From positions 160,828,001 to 160,892,000 of the forward strand of contig CM097884.1 in NCBI GenBank assembly GCA_044892505.1: DNA of 64,000 bases. The letters are read 5' to 3'. Position 1 is the first letter of the stretch, and every line of letters begins with the position of its first letter. The position numbers were made by a program, and so were the translations under genes. The notes beneath the pieces were generated by a model. The model was not told the origin of the DNA. It ran no database searches and saw only the letters and a list, made by a program, of their open reading frames with translations. This DNA is from Schmidtea nova (taxonomy: Eukaryota). Below are positions 30,088 through 43,325 of this stretch, one piece after another.

Positions 30088-30159
30088 TTCCCTGACCGGG
30101 AGTCGAACCCGGGCCACCTGGGTGAGAGCCAGGAATCCTAACCGCTAGACCATCAGGGA
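30088..30159 (-). tRNA. trnE-CTC: tRNA-Glu(CTC)
   Basis: Same as 362-433. Confidence 0.96.
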
Positions 30160-30463
30160 TCGATATATGTTTCCAATCTCTAGTTAAAGGTTTTCGAATT
30201 TCGAAATTTACTTTTCCTCGACAAAATCAAACAACGCATGGCAAATGTTTGCCATTTTCAATCAAATGACAATCTCTTTCACAAATCTCATAGAATTTTG
30301 ATTTTGTAAAATTATTAATAATTTTTTTTCAAATAATGGTAACGACCTTGGAACGTTTATATTAATCCAATTTGTTGAATTTGATTTTGAGTAGAGCAAA
30401 TTAGTTTCGACAAATTTACAACGTTTACAATCTTATCATGATGATAAGAAAGTGAAAAAAATA

Positions 30464-30535
30464 TTCCCTGACCGGGAGTCGAACCCGGGCCACCTGGGTG
30501 AGAGCCAGGAATCCTAACCGCTAGACCATCAGGGA
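30464..30535 (-). tRNA. trnE-CTC: tRNA-Glu(CTC)
   Basis: Same as 362-433. Confidence 0.96.
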
Positions 30536-30839
30536 TCGATATATGTTTCCAATCTCTAGTTAAAGGTTTTCGAATTTCGAAATTTACTTTTCCTCGACAA
30601 AATCAAACAACGCATGGCAAATGTTTGCCATTTTCAATCAAATGACAATCTCTTTCACAAATCTCATAGAATTTTGATTTTGTAAAATTATTAATAATTT
30701 TTTTTCAAATAATGGTAACGACCTTGGAACGTTTATATTAATCCAATTTGTTGAATTTGATTTTGAGTAGAGCAAATTAGTTTCGACAAATTTACAACGT
30801 TTACAATCTTATCATGATGATAAGAAAGTGAAAAAAATA

Positions 30840-30911
30840 TTCCCTGACCGGGAGTCGAACCCGGGCCACCTGGGTGAGAGCCAGGAATCCTAACCGCTAG
30901 ACCATCAGGGA
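30840..30911 (-). tRNA. trnE-CTC: tRNA-Glu(CTC)
   Basis: Same as 362-433. Confidence 0.96.
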
Positions 30912-31215
30912 TCGATATATGTTTCCAATCTCTAGTTAAAGGTTTTCGAATTTCGAAATTTACTTTTCCTCGACAAAATCAAACAACGCATGGCAAATGT
31001 TTGCCATTTTCAATCAAATGACAATCTCTTTCACAATTCTCATAGAATTTTGATTTTGTAAAATTATTAATAATTTTTTTTCAAATAATGGTAACGACCT
31101 TGGAACGTTTATATTAATCCAATTTGTTGAATTTGATTTTGAGTAGAGCAAATTAGTTTCGACAAATTTACAACGTTTACAATCTTATCATGATGATAAG
31201 AAAGTGAAAAAAATA

Positions 31216-31287
31216 TTCCCTGACCGGGAGTCGAACCCGGGCCACCTGGGTGAGAGCCAGGAATCCTAACCGCTAGACCATCAGGGA
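31216..31287 (-). tRNA. trnE-CTC: tRNA-Glu(CTC)
   Basis: Same as 362-433. Confidence 0.96.
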
Positions 31288-31591
31288 TCGATATATGTTT
31301 CCAATCTCTAGTTAAAGGTTTTCGAATTTCGAAATTTACTTTTCCTCGACAAAATCAAACAACGCATGGCAAATGTTTGCCATTTTCAATCAAATGACAA
31401 TCTCTTTCACAAATCTCATAGAATTTTGATTTTGTAAAATTATTAATAATTTTTTTTCAAATATTGGTAACGACCTTGGAACGTTTATATTAATCCAATT
31501 TGTTGAATTTGATTTTGAGTAGAGCAAATTAGTTTCGACAAATTTACAACGTTTACAATCTTATCATGATGATAAGAAAGTGAAAAAAATA

Positions 31592-31663
31592 TTCCCTGAC
31601 CGGGAGTCGAACCCGGGCCACCTGGGTGAGAGCCAGGAATCCTAACCGCTAGACCATCAGGGA
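31592..31663 (-). tRNA. trnE-CTC: tRNA-Glu(CTC)
   Basis: Same as 362-433. Confidence 0.96.
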
Positions 31664-31967
31664 TCGATATATGTTTCCAATCTCTAGTTAAAGGTTTTCG
31701 AATTTCGAAATTTACTTTTCCTCGACAAAATCAAACAACGCATGGCAAATGTTTGCCATTTTCAATCAAATGACAATCTCTTTCACAAATCTCATAGAAT
31801 TTTGATTTTGTAAAATTATTAATAATTTTTTTTCAAATAATGGTAACGACCTTGGAACGTTTATATTAATCCAATTTGTTGAATTTGATTTTGAGTAGAG
31901 CAAATTAGTTTCGACAAATTTACAACGTTTACAATCTTATCATGATGATAAGAAAGTGAAAAAAATA

Positions 31968-32039
31968 TTCCCTGACCGGGAGTCGAACCCGGGCCACCTG
32001 GGTGAGAGCCAGGAATCCTAACCGCTAGACCATCAGGGA
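31968..32039 (-). tRNA. trnE-CTC: tRNA-Glu(CTC)
   Basis: Same as 362-433. Confidence 0.96.
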
Positions 32040-32343
32040 TCGATATATGTTTCCAATCTCTAGTTAAAGGTTTTCGAATTTCGAAATTTACTTTTCCTCG
32101 ACAAAATCAAACAACGCATGGCAAATGTTTGCCATTTTCAATCAAATGACAATCTCTTTCACAATTCTCATAGAATTTTGATTTTGTAAAATTATTAATA
32201 ATTTTTTTTCAAATAATGGTAACGACCTTGGAACGTTTATATTAATCCAATTTGTTGAATTTGATTTTGAGTAGAGCAAATTTGTTTCGACAAATTTACA
32301 ACGTTTACAATCTTATCATGATGATAAGAAAGTGAAAAAAATA

Positions 32344-32396
32344 TTCCCTGACCGGGAGTCGAACCCGGGCCACCTGGGTGAGAGCCAGGAATCCTA
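32344..32396 (-). pseudogene. tRNA-Glu disrupted by element copy 3
   Basis: aggaatccta|gtaaacg junction. Confidence 0.95.
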
Positions 32397-32927
32397 GTAA
32401 ACGTTTATTAATTATAATAAATTTTTCAAATTTACAATGGGACAATGCTCTACATGGAGCATGCCTTTCATGAAAGATACAGCAAATAAAGAGACAGAAT
32501 TTCAATGATAGTTAAAATCAAATGTGAGAAAATAAGGTCTCAATAAATGTTGCTTTTCATAAATGTTCCCTGGCGATGATTTGAAATATTTCATCGGACT
32601 GTTTTTCCGGCTTTGCGGCATCCTTCAGCCTATCTTTTCATGTCATGATAACAGTCTTTTTGTTTTCTGAGGAATCCGCAGCAATAAAACTTCTTCACGA
32701 GTCAAGGTGTCTAGAGACATTGAGTTTACAGACGCTAGAATTGGTTCTACTAAATAAATATACAAATATACATATATACATATATAAATCCTCGGACTCG
32801 GGCGGAAATAAATCTAAAATAAATTTTATCTACAAATTAAAAAAAAAGGTTTATACTATATACATTAAAATGGCAATTCTCCGCACAACGAGTGTCTGCA
32901 TTTTGATCGTGGCATTCATTACAAATC

Positions 32928-35900
32928 TCACAAGTCTCTAAGATAACCAGTCGTATGAAAATGCCACCTATTGGCTGAGTGTTTGATATTACTTATCGCA
33001 CACTGTTTCAAAAGAGGATCGATTTTCTTCAAAGGTATTCCAACCTTTAAAAGAACATCGAAAGTCAAAGGTGGAATTGATCCTAGAGAACCAATGATAC
33101 AAGTGAGTAGTTCTACCTTGTAATCAGGTTTCGCGATTTGAATTGCCTTTCTTAACGATTCGTATTTTAACAGGTTTTCTTTATTTACCTGCTCAAAACT
33201 CGAAAGACAATCAATCGGACATTTCATGTCTACCATGAGAATTCTTTTCCTATTTACGTCGGTGATGATGAAGTCAACTCGCTCTTTAGAGTATGGAACC
33301 AACGAACAAGTTTGATCGATAACGACAATAAGATTCGGATCTGTCAGTTGATCTGTTATCAATTTCAAACAATCATTGTGTCTTTTTGTTGCAAGTGTTT
33401 GATGAACTTTACATGATTGCAAAACATGTGCCATTGTTTCCTCCTCAGAGTGGCAGCGACGACAAAGTCTTTCTTTTACATTTCGATAAGGTTTAGCTAG
33501 AAATGACAATGTATTCGTGCGAGCACGATGGATGAAATTCCAAGAGAATTCTGACAGATCACTTCGAAAGATTGCTTTATTGATCTTAGGCGAAAGAGTG
33601 ATTGCTGATGCGATCAAATTACTTTTATTACTACTTTGCCATTTGGAAAGATAAGAATCAAAAAGCGTATCATGCAAGATCTTAGAAATAGAATTCCGAA
33701 AATCGGGAGTTGCGATCAATGTACCTCGCTCTTTTGTTGTAATATGAAGCACAGGTTCATTATTTAGGGTTTGAAAGGATATCCTAATGGCATGAATTTT
33801 ATTCAGGAATTCTACAGATGTTCGCGCTCTCCGAAAACGTGTTTTCTTTCCATGATGGATGCGCTTGCATTCAATGCCATTTAACCAATCAAAGCTATCC
33901 TGAAGAGTTGGATGCTGAATTCCAAGTCGAGAACTAGTGACAAATTTCAAAGAGTCTGTATTGATCTTTTTTGCATAATTGCAAATGGAAGTAAAAAGTC
34001 GAAAAAAGTGCACTATGGTTTGGACATGATATTCGTCAAGCAGGTCAACACAAGAAGCTCCACCATTTTCCGTGGAGTTGTAAAAATATGAAATCTCTGA
34101 ATTTTCAGGAAGATTCATCATTTTTCTCAAATGACTTCTCAATTTACTTGTGTTGTTACCAGTGACATTGCTATTTCCATAAGGGATTGCCAAAGTACTT
34201 GTTTTTATTTCCCTCGTTCTAAAAGGAAAGATGAGGCGTGAATGTAGAAAAATCTTGTAAGCTTTGAGTTTTTGCCAGCCTAACAAGTCAGAGTTTGCAA
34301 GTTTTTTGGCGTCAGATATTACCTTATTTAGGATATCATAAGGGCTTTGATCAATATCTTCTCCAACTGGGACACCAAGATACTGATAGAACTCGCGAGA
34401 TAGCAATTTCTTGATTTTGATATTTTCAATAGAAATTTCACTATCTATGTGGACCTTAGGAAGTTGAATGTATCCACATTTTTCTGGTCGATATACAAAA
34501 CCTATTTGTGCAGCAGTGTCAACAGCTATATCAGTGATTCGTTGCAAGTCACTGACATTTTTTGATATTAAAGCAATGTCGTCTGCGTATGCAAGAATTT
34601 GTAACGGAGATGTGCCAATCATGAATGGTTCTACTGTCGATCGGCTGACAGCTTCAAGTACCGGATTAATCGCAATGGCGAATAAAATCATTGAAATTGG
34701 GCATCCTTGTTTCACCCCTTGTCTAATAGCTATGTTTGAAGTGAGAACTGGTCCGCAACTGTACATAGAAGATGTGTCGGAATAAAGTAGTTGCAATATC
34801 GTAGTAAACTCATCACATACGCCAATATATCGAAGGACAGACCACATGTATTCATGAGGGACACTACCAAATGCGTCTTTAATGTCAAGCCATGCAATCG
34901 ATATTGGACAATCTTTACTATATTTAGAGTGTTCCAAAGCAGCTGTCAGTATGGAATTGTGTTCAACACAGCCATCGTGTTCTGAACCTCCCTTTTGTCC
35001 AATGTGTAGAATGTTGTTCAAATCTACCCAAGTAGTAAGACGTCTAGCCAATATCGAAGCAAAAACCTTATAAATCACTGACAATAAGGCAATCGGCCTC
35101 CAAGATGACACATTATCGTATTTGTCATTCTTGTCAGGTTTCGGAATCAAAAGAGTCCTGAAAGATTTCCAATCATTTGGAACGATTTTATCGGTTATTA
35201 TTCGGTTAAAAAGAAATGCAAGGAGATCCCCATCGGGATCCAAAAGACGCAAATCTCTATATTGAATACCATCAGAACCAGGAGATGTGTTGTCAGCTTT
35301 TTTTAAGCTCAAACAATACCTCGACTGGCAATATTCGATCGAGTTTCAAAGGCTTTTGTGATTTTTTACAGAATTGAAGGACAGAATTCCAGCATTTGGA
35401 TATAGGTAATGCGTGACTATAATATTTAATAATGTCTTCAATTGAAGGCCTTACATTTATTTTAAAATTATCAATGATTTTACTGACGGCTCTTTTCATT
35501 TCCGTCATAAATAGAGAAATAATTTGAGTTTTATTTAATTTTGAGTTATCTCTCTTATTTTTCCCTAAATAAAGTTTAAAAGTTGATTTCTTACGATCAG
35601 GAAATTCTTTGATAATTATGTCAATGATCTCATTGACAGTTGAAAATTTAATTGCTATTAAAAGGTCTTTGATTTTAATTTTGCGTTGAATTAAATTTAA
35701 TTTAACTAGTTCCTTTTCATTCCCTTTTGGTATTATTTTAGTGTTAATTTTATTTGTTTTATTGGCAACTGGAACTAAGGAACTAATAACATTTCCAATA
35801 TCGCGCAGGTTGATGTTTTCAAGGGATATGTCACAAGCATAATGTTTGATAAATGCGCATATAAGTATTTTACAGAGAAGACCTGAACCTCGCACATCAT

Positions 35901-37509
35901 GTGGACAAATACCGTTTGTCAATGCACGACCAGGGGTTTCTCGTAATTCATTAATTTTTTCAATGATGGTTTTACTCATTGAGAGATAATTAATACCGGA
36001 TAAAAGAGTTGTTGGATTCAAAATATAATGTGCATCGGTATTGTAATCTATTATTAATAAGTTTTCCCTTGATTTTTGGGGGGTTATAACTGAAAAAATG
36101 ACTTGTGCTTTAACAAGACATTCATAATTTAGAAATGTACTGATGTATTGGGTACAATCATCGAGGATCGCCGTTGACATTGTTGCGTTTAACAAGATAA
36201 AGGTCGGTGATAATTTTAGATTGTTAAAATAAGTTGTTAGAATTTGATCGTCAAGCTTCCCATTTATTGTGTCTAAGTTTAAACAGATTTCATTTACATG
36301 TTTTAGTTTCAATGATTTTAGTGATTTTGTAGTATCTTCAAGATTGGCAATGTTATTAAAAATTAACTTTTCTAATAAAGTAATGAAATATGATGCCATT
36401 ATGATTGGTTCAACGGAAAATATTGGTGAGAAACTGATCTCGTGATCAATGGTAAAGTTAATCTTTCTCTGAAGGAAAAATTGATTCAAATAATCGGTCA
36501 TATTTTCTCCTATACCGATTAATCTTTCTTTTACAGTTTGAAAGCCTGTAGTAAAAATGTGACTTTTTCCGAGTTGAACAGAGAACAGAAATAAGCACCA
36601 AGAGTTGTTATTTGGAATAATACTTATTACATGTTCAATGTATTGAAATTGTTTGAAAGTCACGTTTTCAATAATGAAAGCATTATTTTGCGCAACTATA
36701 TTTGACGTTAATTCGGGAGAGAGAACCATTATATTAGTGTAGGTTGAAAACCATTTATCAATCAATGTTGATATGCATGGGTTTTCGTTATATAGCATGA
36801 TGTTATTTGCTTTGCTTTTATATCTAACTGCTTTCTTGAAGTTGATCAAGTTCATAAAGTTTGACTTTGGCGGACCACCTCCAATTGTTTTTGATGTAAT
36901 AGTGGTACAGTTAGCATTATTATTGAAAACATCTTCCCTTATACTATTTACAAAATTATCAGGAAAGTATTCCCAAACTTGACTAATTATCAATGCGTAA
37001 GCGCAGACAAAAGGCCCACAATCAAAGTCGTTATTTTGATATTCAAGTTTAATATGGGGATTATATGTTACCGCCGCTTTAAGTTTAAACAATTTATTTA
37101 AAGCCATATTTATTTTAAGGGCGCTTGTTTTGTTGATAAATTTATTTTTATTTTCAAGAATTGGATCAATGTAGTACGAAAGTAAGGATGATTTACAGTA
37201 CACGAACAAGATCCAATGTGCGTTTGATATATTTAATGGGCAAAGTATTATTTGTGCGTTAAACACTGTTTCTGGCAAGGAAATTATATTTTCCTCAAGA
37301 TTTGCAAGTAAAATGCTAACAATATAACATTTAATGCAAGCATACATTTGGCTACTGATATGACGCTCAAGATAAAAGTCAATGTCATCATCAGTGAACC
37401 AGGCCTTTGGATCACGCACTGAATTTAAATTATTTACAGTTTTATTACTTGTGCTGTCTGCATCAGTCTCTTTTGAGATTGGGGCAGATATTAAGACTGA
37501 TGCAGGCAC
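32928..37509 (-). pseudogene. ORF2, copy 3, split by +1 frameshift just before the RT
   Basis: T7 instead of T6 at 35298-35304 gives ORFs 35293-37509 and 32928-35312; may be a homopolymer sequencing error. Confidence 0.75.
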
Positions 37510-37518
37510 ACACCTTCA
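37450..37518 (-). promoter_or_regulatory. Putative UGA readthrough cassette, copy 3
   Basis: In-frame TGA; a synonymous change extends the stem to 12 bp. Confidence 0.6.
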
Positions 37519-40260
37519 TTTATTTTTTTGTGTTACGCGCTTCGGTCTTTTAATAGTTTTGCGATGAATATTAATTATTTCCTCATTTGACGTAGCTGGA
37601 CCTAAATCAATGTCAGTGGGAAGCAAGCGCTTAAGACTTTCTCTGTCTTTGTCTGATGTCAATAGAATGTTATCATCTATGTTAGGGGAAGGAGATATTT
37701 CTACAGATTCTTCATTAGAATCAACGACATTCTCAACAGTTTTCACACTATCAATTGTTGTATCGACATTTTCAGCAATCGTCTCAGAATTTACATGTGG
37801 TAAAACATATTCAAGTAGTCTCGAGATGTGTACGCTCATACTAGGTGAACAAATTTTCCTACAATATTGAGGAACACGGAAACGTCTGTTGCCATTTAAG
37901 AAATATCTCTTATCTCTTACTACAAAAAACACGAGTCTCTTTGCTCTTAAAATCTCATCATCAGTTAGTTCAGATTCAAAATCATTGATCTTACTAGATA
38001 TTATATTAAGCGCCTTGATTTGATCCGACTTATTTGGAAGAGACTTATCTACAAACTCTAAGAAAGCATTTAACTCAGAAATAGTTTTGGGAGAGATTAT
38101 GTTATGGATCTTGTCAATCTCTTGAGACAAATTAACCTGCTTTAGTTTCAGAAGTCTTTCCTGACAACTAGTTTTATAATAAGAACTACTGAGATTCTCG
38201 ATCATTTCTGGGCCCCATATCTCAATCGTGTCAATGTCCAATGAGTACGAGTTTTCAATATCTGTTATGGAATGCATTAAAAAGCAATTCCTAAGATAGT
38301 TTTGAACGTATATATCAAAACTCGGCTTAATAATTAATTTTAGGGAATCCCTTAATTTTAAATAATTTAGGTAAAAAATTATGTCAACCAGTTTTTGAGA
38401 TGAAGTTGGTTGATCAAGAAGAGAACTAAACACATTGTCATCCTCTGACATCTGAACAAAGTTCAGTAGCCCTAAATTAAACATGATATCGGAGGCACCA
38501 TCTTCGTGCACAGCGACTGAATTTTCACTATAAATTTTAATAAATTTGCCCCCTGTAAATGAAATCTGTTCAGGGAATTTATTTTCAGATTTTAATTTTT
38601 CTATTAAATTATTTAATGCGTGAGGATTAGCATATGTGTTTTCAATAAAACACAATTCCTCAATTTCTGGGTGTGATTTAAATAAATTTTGTAATTGCAA
38701 CCTTGACAATTCAGATGCAGTTTGAGTTGAGAAAATTTCATCTGAATCGCAAGTGCTAAGAATATCGAGCATTACAAAATCTCCGTCTAGATATTTAATC
38801 TGTGATTTTATTAAAAAGTCAGGGAGCTCTTTTCGCTGTTTTAATTCGCGAAGAATATTATTAATTTGTATTTCCCTGGACTTTAAATTACTAATAGACA
38901 CAGTGCCGGCCAGTTTCGACGAAAGGGAACAAAGAAAACGCTTAATAATTGAAGAAGCCGGGACAAATTTCGTATTTGTATTGTTGGCCTTCAAAATGTT
39001 TGATCCAATCAAAAACGTCTTTGTAGAGGATTTTAAAATATTATTATTTAAAGGGACAACTTTATCAGGCACCAAATTCTGAAAAACACAGATATTATGA
39101 TTTCTATAAAAGAAACCTTCAAACCCAGCGATGCTTAGTGGATTTTCCTCTTTTATAATAATTAAAAGGTCATTGTTAATTAAATCAAATTTGTTGCTTG
39201 ATTCTTTTAATTTCAAAAGTTTGTGAAATTTGGGAAATAATCTAAGAAAAGAATTTTTCTCCTTTTTTGTTAATATACGCGGTAAAATATTTTCAAAAAT
39301 TTCTTTTTTTAATTTAAGATGAGAATTTTTATTTTTATTATTATTTCTGAAATTAGAATTTGATTTCATTTTCAAACTTTCCAATTTGAAATTTCGTTTA
39401 TTTTGAAAGTTCTTATCAGTATTAAAATTATTTTTAGATTTAATTTCCTGATCATTTGATTTTAAATTAGAAATGTTATTTGCAGTTGAAATTTCGAAAT
39501 TTTCAAAATTTCGATTGTTTAAATTATCCAATTTAATCGCAGGTAAATTAATATTTTCAAAAACAGGTTTAATAATTTTCTTTTTATTTTCATTATTATT
39601 ATTAATAGTTATATTATAATTTTCCAGCCAATTTCCATCGATTGCATAGCTTTCAGGAGTAGATCCATCATCTAGTAGAAGGATCTTTTCAAAATTATTA
39701 TTTTTATTAAAAAATAAATTTTTGTTATTTAAAGTACTTTTTACATTATTATTATTATCTTTATAATCACTTAAATTTTGACTATTCGGCTTTTCTAGTT
39801 GAATTGTTCGTTCGTTTTTAGTCTGTGTAGAATTATTTCTGTAAATTGTCGACTTATTTAATAAAATTTTATGACATGAATAGCAAAGATTGCCTGCACT
39901 TTTGTCATTTTTATTTACATTCAAAGAGTTGTCATACAATTCGCTATTTTTATCTAAATTAGGAATTATTCTAAAATTTTCAATATTAGATTTACAATTA
40001 AAAGTAGATAAATTAGCATATAAATTACCACGACCAAAACCGGACACACCATTGTCAGAATTACCATTGTGAAAATTACAATTATAATTTAAATTATCAT
40101 TTAGATTTTTCGAACCAAAATTAGATATAGGTTTATTTACAAAATCTTGGTTCGAAACTTCCAAAAATTTAACAATATAATCTAACTTACAGTTATTAGA
40201 ATAAATCATCCTTTCAAGCTCTGACAAATTCGCCCCAAATGGCACAAAATTATCCTGCAT
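37516..40260 (-). CDS. ORF1, copy 3, 914 aa
   Basis: Intact, near-identical to copy 1. Confidence 0.85.
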   Translation of the reverse strand: MQDNFVPFGANLSELERMIYSNNCKLDYIVKFLEVSNQDFVNKPISNFGSKNLNDNLNYNCNFHNGNSDNGVSGFGRGNLYANLSTFNCKSNIENFRIIPNLDKNSELYDNSLNVNKNDKSAGNLCYSCHKILLNKSTIYRNNSTQTKNERTIQLEKPNSQNLSDYKDNNNNVKSTLNNKNLFFNKNNNFEKILLLDDGSTPESYAIDGNWLENYNITINNNNENKKKIIKPVFENINLPAIKLDNLNNRNFENFEISTANNISNLKSNDQEIKSKNNFNTDKNFQNKRNFKLESLKMKSNSNFRNNNKNKNSHLKLKKEIFENILPRILTKKEKNSFLRLFPKFHKLLKLKESSNKFDLINNDLLIIIKEENPLSIAGFEGFFYRNHNICVFQNLVPDKVVPLNNNILKSSTKTFLIGSNILKANNTNTKFVPASSIIKRFLCSLSSKLAGTVSISNLKSREIQINNILRELKQRKELPDFLIKSQIKYLDGDFVMLDILSTCDSDEIFSTQTASELSRLQLQNLFKSHPEIEELCFIENTYANPHALNNLIEKLKSENKFPEQISFTGGKFIKIYSENSVAVHEDGASDIMFNLGLLNFVQMSEDDNVFSSLLDQPTSSQKLVDIIFYLNYLKLRDSLKLIIKPSFDIYVQNYLRNCFLMHSITDIENSYSLDIDTIEIWGPEMIENLSSSYYKTSCQERLLKLKQVNLSQEIDKIHNIISPKTISELNAFLEFVDKSLPNKSDQIKALNIISSKINDFESELTDDEILRAKRLVFFVVRDKRYFLNGNRRFRVPQYCRKICSPSMSVHISRLLEYVLPHVNSETIAENVDTTIDSVKTVENVVDSNEESVEISPSPNIDDNILLTSDKDRESLKRLLPTDIDLGPATSNEEIINIHRKTIKRPKRVTQKNK

Positions 40261-40621
40261 TAATATTTTAAAAAATTTATTAACCTTTTCAATATCTTTC
40301 TTATAAATTTATTATAATGAGTTATTTAAACAAATTTATATTAAAGGTTTTCAAATTTCGAAATTTACTTTTCCTCGACAAAATCAAACAACGCATGGCA
40401 AATGTTTGCCATTTTCAATCAAATGACAATCTCTTTCACAAATCTCATAGAATTTTGATTTTGTAAAATTATTAATAATTTTTTTTCAAATAATGGTAAC
40501 GACCTTGGAACGTTTATATTAATCCAATTTGTTGAATTTGATTTTGAGTAGAGCAAATTAGTTTCGACAAATTTACAACGTTTACAATCTTATCATGATG
40601 ATAAGATTGTAAAAAAAAATA

Positions 40622-40693
40622 TTCCCTGACCGGGAGTCGAACCCGGGCCACCTGGGTGAGAGCCAGGAATCCTAACCGCTAGACCATCAGGGA
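40622..40693 (-). tRNA. trnE-CTC: tRNA-Glu(CTC), variant T9 terminator
   Basis: Same as 362-433. Confidence 0.96.
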
Positions 40694-40997
40694 TCGATAT
40701 ATGTTTCCAATCTCTAGTTAAAGGTTTTCGAATTTCGAAATTTACTTTTCCTCGACAAAATCAAACAACGCATGGCAAATGTTTGCCATTTTCAATCAAA
40801 TGACAATCTCTTTCACAAATCTCATAGAATTTTGATTTTGTAAAATTTTTAATAATTTTTTTTCAAATAATGGTAACGACCTTGGAACGTTTATATTAAT
40901 CCAATTTGTTGAATTTGATTTTGAGTAGAGCAAATTAGTTTCGACAAATTTACAACGTTTACAATCTTATCATGATGATAAGAAAGTGAAAAAAATA

Positions 40998-41069
40998 TTC
41001 CCTGACCGGGAGTCGAACCCGGGCCACCTGGGTGAGAGCCAGGAATCCTAACCGCTAGACCATCAGGGA
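40998..41069 (-). tRNA. trnE-CTC: tRNA-Glu(CTC)
   Basis: Same as 362-433. Confidence 0.96.
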
Positions 41070-41373
41070 TCGATATATATTTCCAATCTCTAGTTAAAGG
41101 TTTTCGAATTTCGAAATTTACTTTTCCTCGACAAAATCAAACAACGCATGGCAAATGTTTGCCATTTTCAATCAAATGACAATCTCTTTCACAATTCTCA
41201 TAGAATTTTGATTTTGTAAAATTATTAATAATTTTTTTTCAAATATTGGTAACGACCTTGGAACGTTTATATTAATCCAATTTGTTGAATTTGATTTTGA
41301 GTAGAGCAAATTAGTTTCGACAAATTTACAACGTTTACAATCTTATCATGATGATAAGAAAGTGAAAAAAATA

Positions 41374-41445
41374 TTCCCTGACCGGGAGTCGAACCCGGGC
41401 CACCTGGGTGAGAGCCAGGAATCCTAACCGCTAGACCATCAGGGA
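41374..41445 (-). tRNA. trnE-CTC: tRNA-Glu(CTC)
   Basis: Same as 362-433. Confidence 0.96.
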
Positions 41446-41749
41446 TCGATATATGTTTCCAATCTCTAGTTAAAGGTTTTCGAATTTCGAAATTTACTTT
41501 TCCTCGACAAAATCAAACAACGCATGGCAAATGTTTGCCATTTTCAATCAAATGACAATCTCTTTCACAAATCTCATAGAATTTTGATTTTGTAAAATTA
41601 TTAATAATTTTTTTTCAAATAATGGTAACGACCTTGGAACGTTTATATTAATCCAATTTGTTGAATTTGATTTTGAGTAGAGCAAATTAGTTTCGACAAA
41701 TTTACAACGTTTACAATCTTATCATGATGATAAGAAAGTGAAAAAAATA

Positions 41750-41821
41750 TTCCCTGACCGGGAGTCGAACCCGGGCCACCTGGGTGAGAGCCAGGAATCC
41801 TAACCGCTAGACCATCAGGGA
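41750..41821 (-). tRNA. trnE-CTC: tRNA-Glu(CTC)
   Basis: Same as 362-433. Confidence 0.96.
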
Positions 41822-42125
41822 TCGATATATGTTTCCAATCTCTAGTTAAAGGTTTTCGAATTTCGAAATTTACTTTTCCTCGACAAAATCAAACAACGCA
41901 TGGCAAATGTTTGCCATTTTCAATCAAATGACAATCTCTTTCACAAATCTCATAGAATTTTGATTTTGTAAAATTATTAATAATTTTTTTTCAAATAATG
42001 GTAACGACCTTGGAACGTTTATATTAATCCAATTTGTTGAATTTGATTTTGAGTAGAGCAAATTAGTTTCGACAAATTTACAACGTTTACAATCTTATCA
42101 TGATGATAAGAAAGTGAAAAAAATA

Positions 42126-42197
42126 TTCCCTGACCGGGAGTCGAACCCGGGCCACCTGGGTGAGAGCCAGGAATCCTAACCGCTAGACCATCAGGGA
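42126..42197 (-). tRNA. trnE-CTC: tRNA-Glu(CTC)
   Basis: Same as 362-433. Confidence 0.96.
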
Positions 42198-42501
42198 TCG
42201 ATATATGTTTCCAATCTCTAGTTAAAGGTTTTCGAATTTCGAAATTTACTTTTCCTCGACAAAATCAAACAACGCATGGCAAATGTTTGCCATTTTCAAT
42301 CAAATGACAATCTCTTTCACAAATCTCATAGAATTTTGATTTTGTAAAATTTTTAATAATTTTTTTTCAAATAATGGTAACGACCTTGGAACGTTTATAT
42401 TAATCCAATTTGTTGAATTTGATTTTGAGTAGAGCAAATTAGTTTCGACAAATTTACAACGTTTACAATCTTATCATGATGATAAGAAAGTGAAAAAAAT
42501 A

Positions 42502-42573
42502 TTCCCTGACCGGGAGTCGAACCCGGGCCACCTGGGTGAGAGCCAGGAATCCTAACCGCTAGACCATCAGGGA
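42502..42573 (-). tRNA. trnE-CTC: tRNA-Glu(CTC)
   Basis: Same as 362-433. Confidence 0.96.
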
Positions 42574-42877
42574 TCGATATATATTTCCAATCTCTAGTTA
42601 AAGGTTTTCGAATTTCGAAATTTACTTTTCCTCGACAAAATCAAACAACGCATGGCAAATGTTTGCCATTTTCAATCAAATGACAATCTCTTTCACAAAT
42701 CTCATAGAATTTTGATTTTGTAAAATTATTAATAATTTTTTTTCAAATATTGGTAACGACCTTGGAACGTTTATATTAATCCAATTTGTTGAATTTGATT
42801 TTGAGTAGAGCAAATTAGTTTCGACAAATTTACAACGTTTACAATCTTATCATGATGATAAGAAAGTGAAAAAAATA

Positions 42878-42949
42878 TTCCCTGACCGGGAGTCGAACCC
42901 GGGCCACCTGGGTGAGAGCCAGGAATCCTAACCGCTAGACCATCAGGGA
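42878..42949 (-). tRNA. trnE-CTC: tRNA-Glu(CTC)
   Basis: Same as 362-433. Confidence 0.96.
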
Positions 42950-43253
42950 TCGATATATGTTTCCAATCTCTAGTTAAAGGTTTTCGAATTTCGAAATTTA
43001 CTTTTCCTCGACAAAATCAAACAACGCATGGCAAATGTTTGCCATTTTCAATCAAATGACAATCTCTTTCACAAATCTCATAGAATTTTGATTTTGTAAA
43101 ATTTTTAATAATTTTTTTTCAAATAATGGTAACGACCTTGGAACGTTTATATTAATCCAATTTGTTGAATTTGATTTTGAGTAGAGCAAATTAGTTTCGA
43201 CAAATTTACAACGTTTACAATCTTATCATGATGATAAGAAAGTGAAAAAAATA

Positions 43254-43325
43254 TTCCCTGACCGGGAGTCGAACCCGGGCCACTTGGGTGAGAGCCAGGA
43301 ATCCAAACCGCTAGACCATCAGGGA
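43254..43325 (-). pseudogene. Variant tRNA-Glu (A21T, G42A), probably impaired
   Basis: 43305 t>a changes conserved A21; 43284 c>t creates a C28-A42 mismatch in the anticodon stem. Confidence 0.65.

Larger units (their letters stand above)
26802..32396 (-). repeat. tRNA-Glu array block C (14 full genes + disrupted gene; one 374-bp unit)
   Basis: Starts 27082, 27458, then 27832 + 376k; 2-bp AT deletion near 27533. Confidence 0.98.
32397..40340 (-). mobile_element. tRNA-Glu-targeting RLE retrotransposon, copy 3, 7944 bp (ORF2 frameshifted)
   Basis: Same junctions; +1 T at 35298-35304. Confidence 0.95.
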
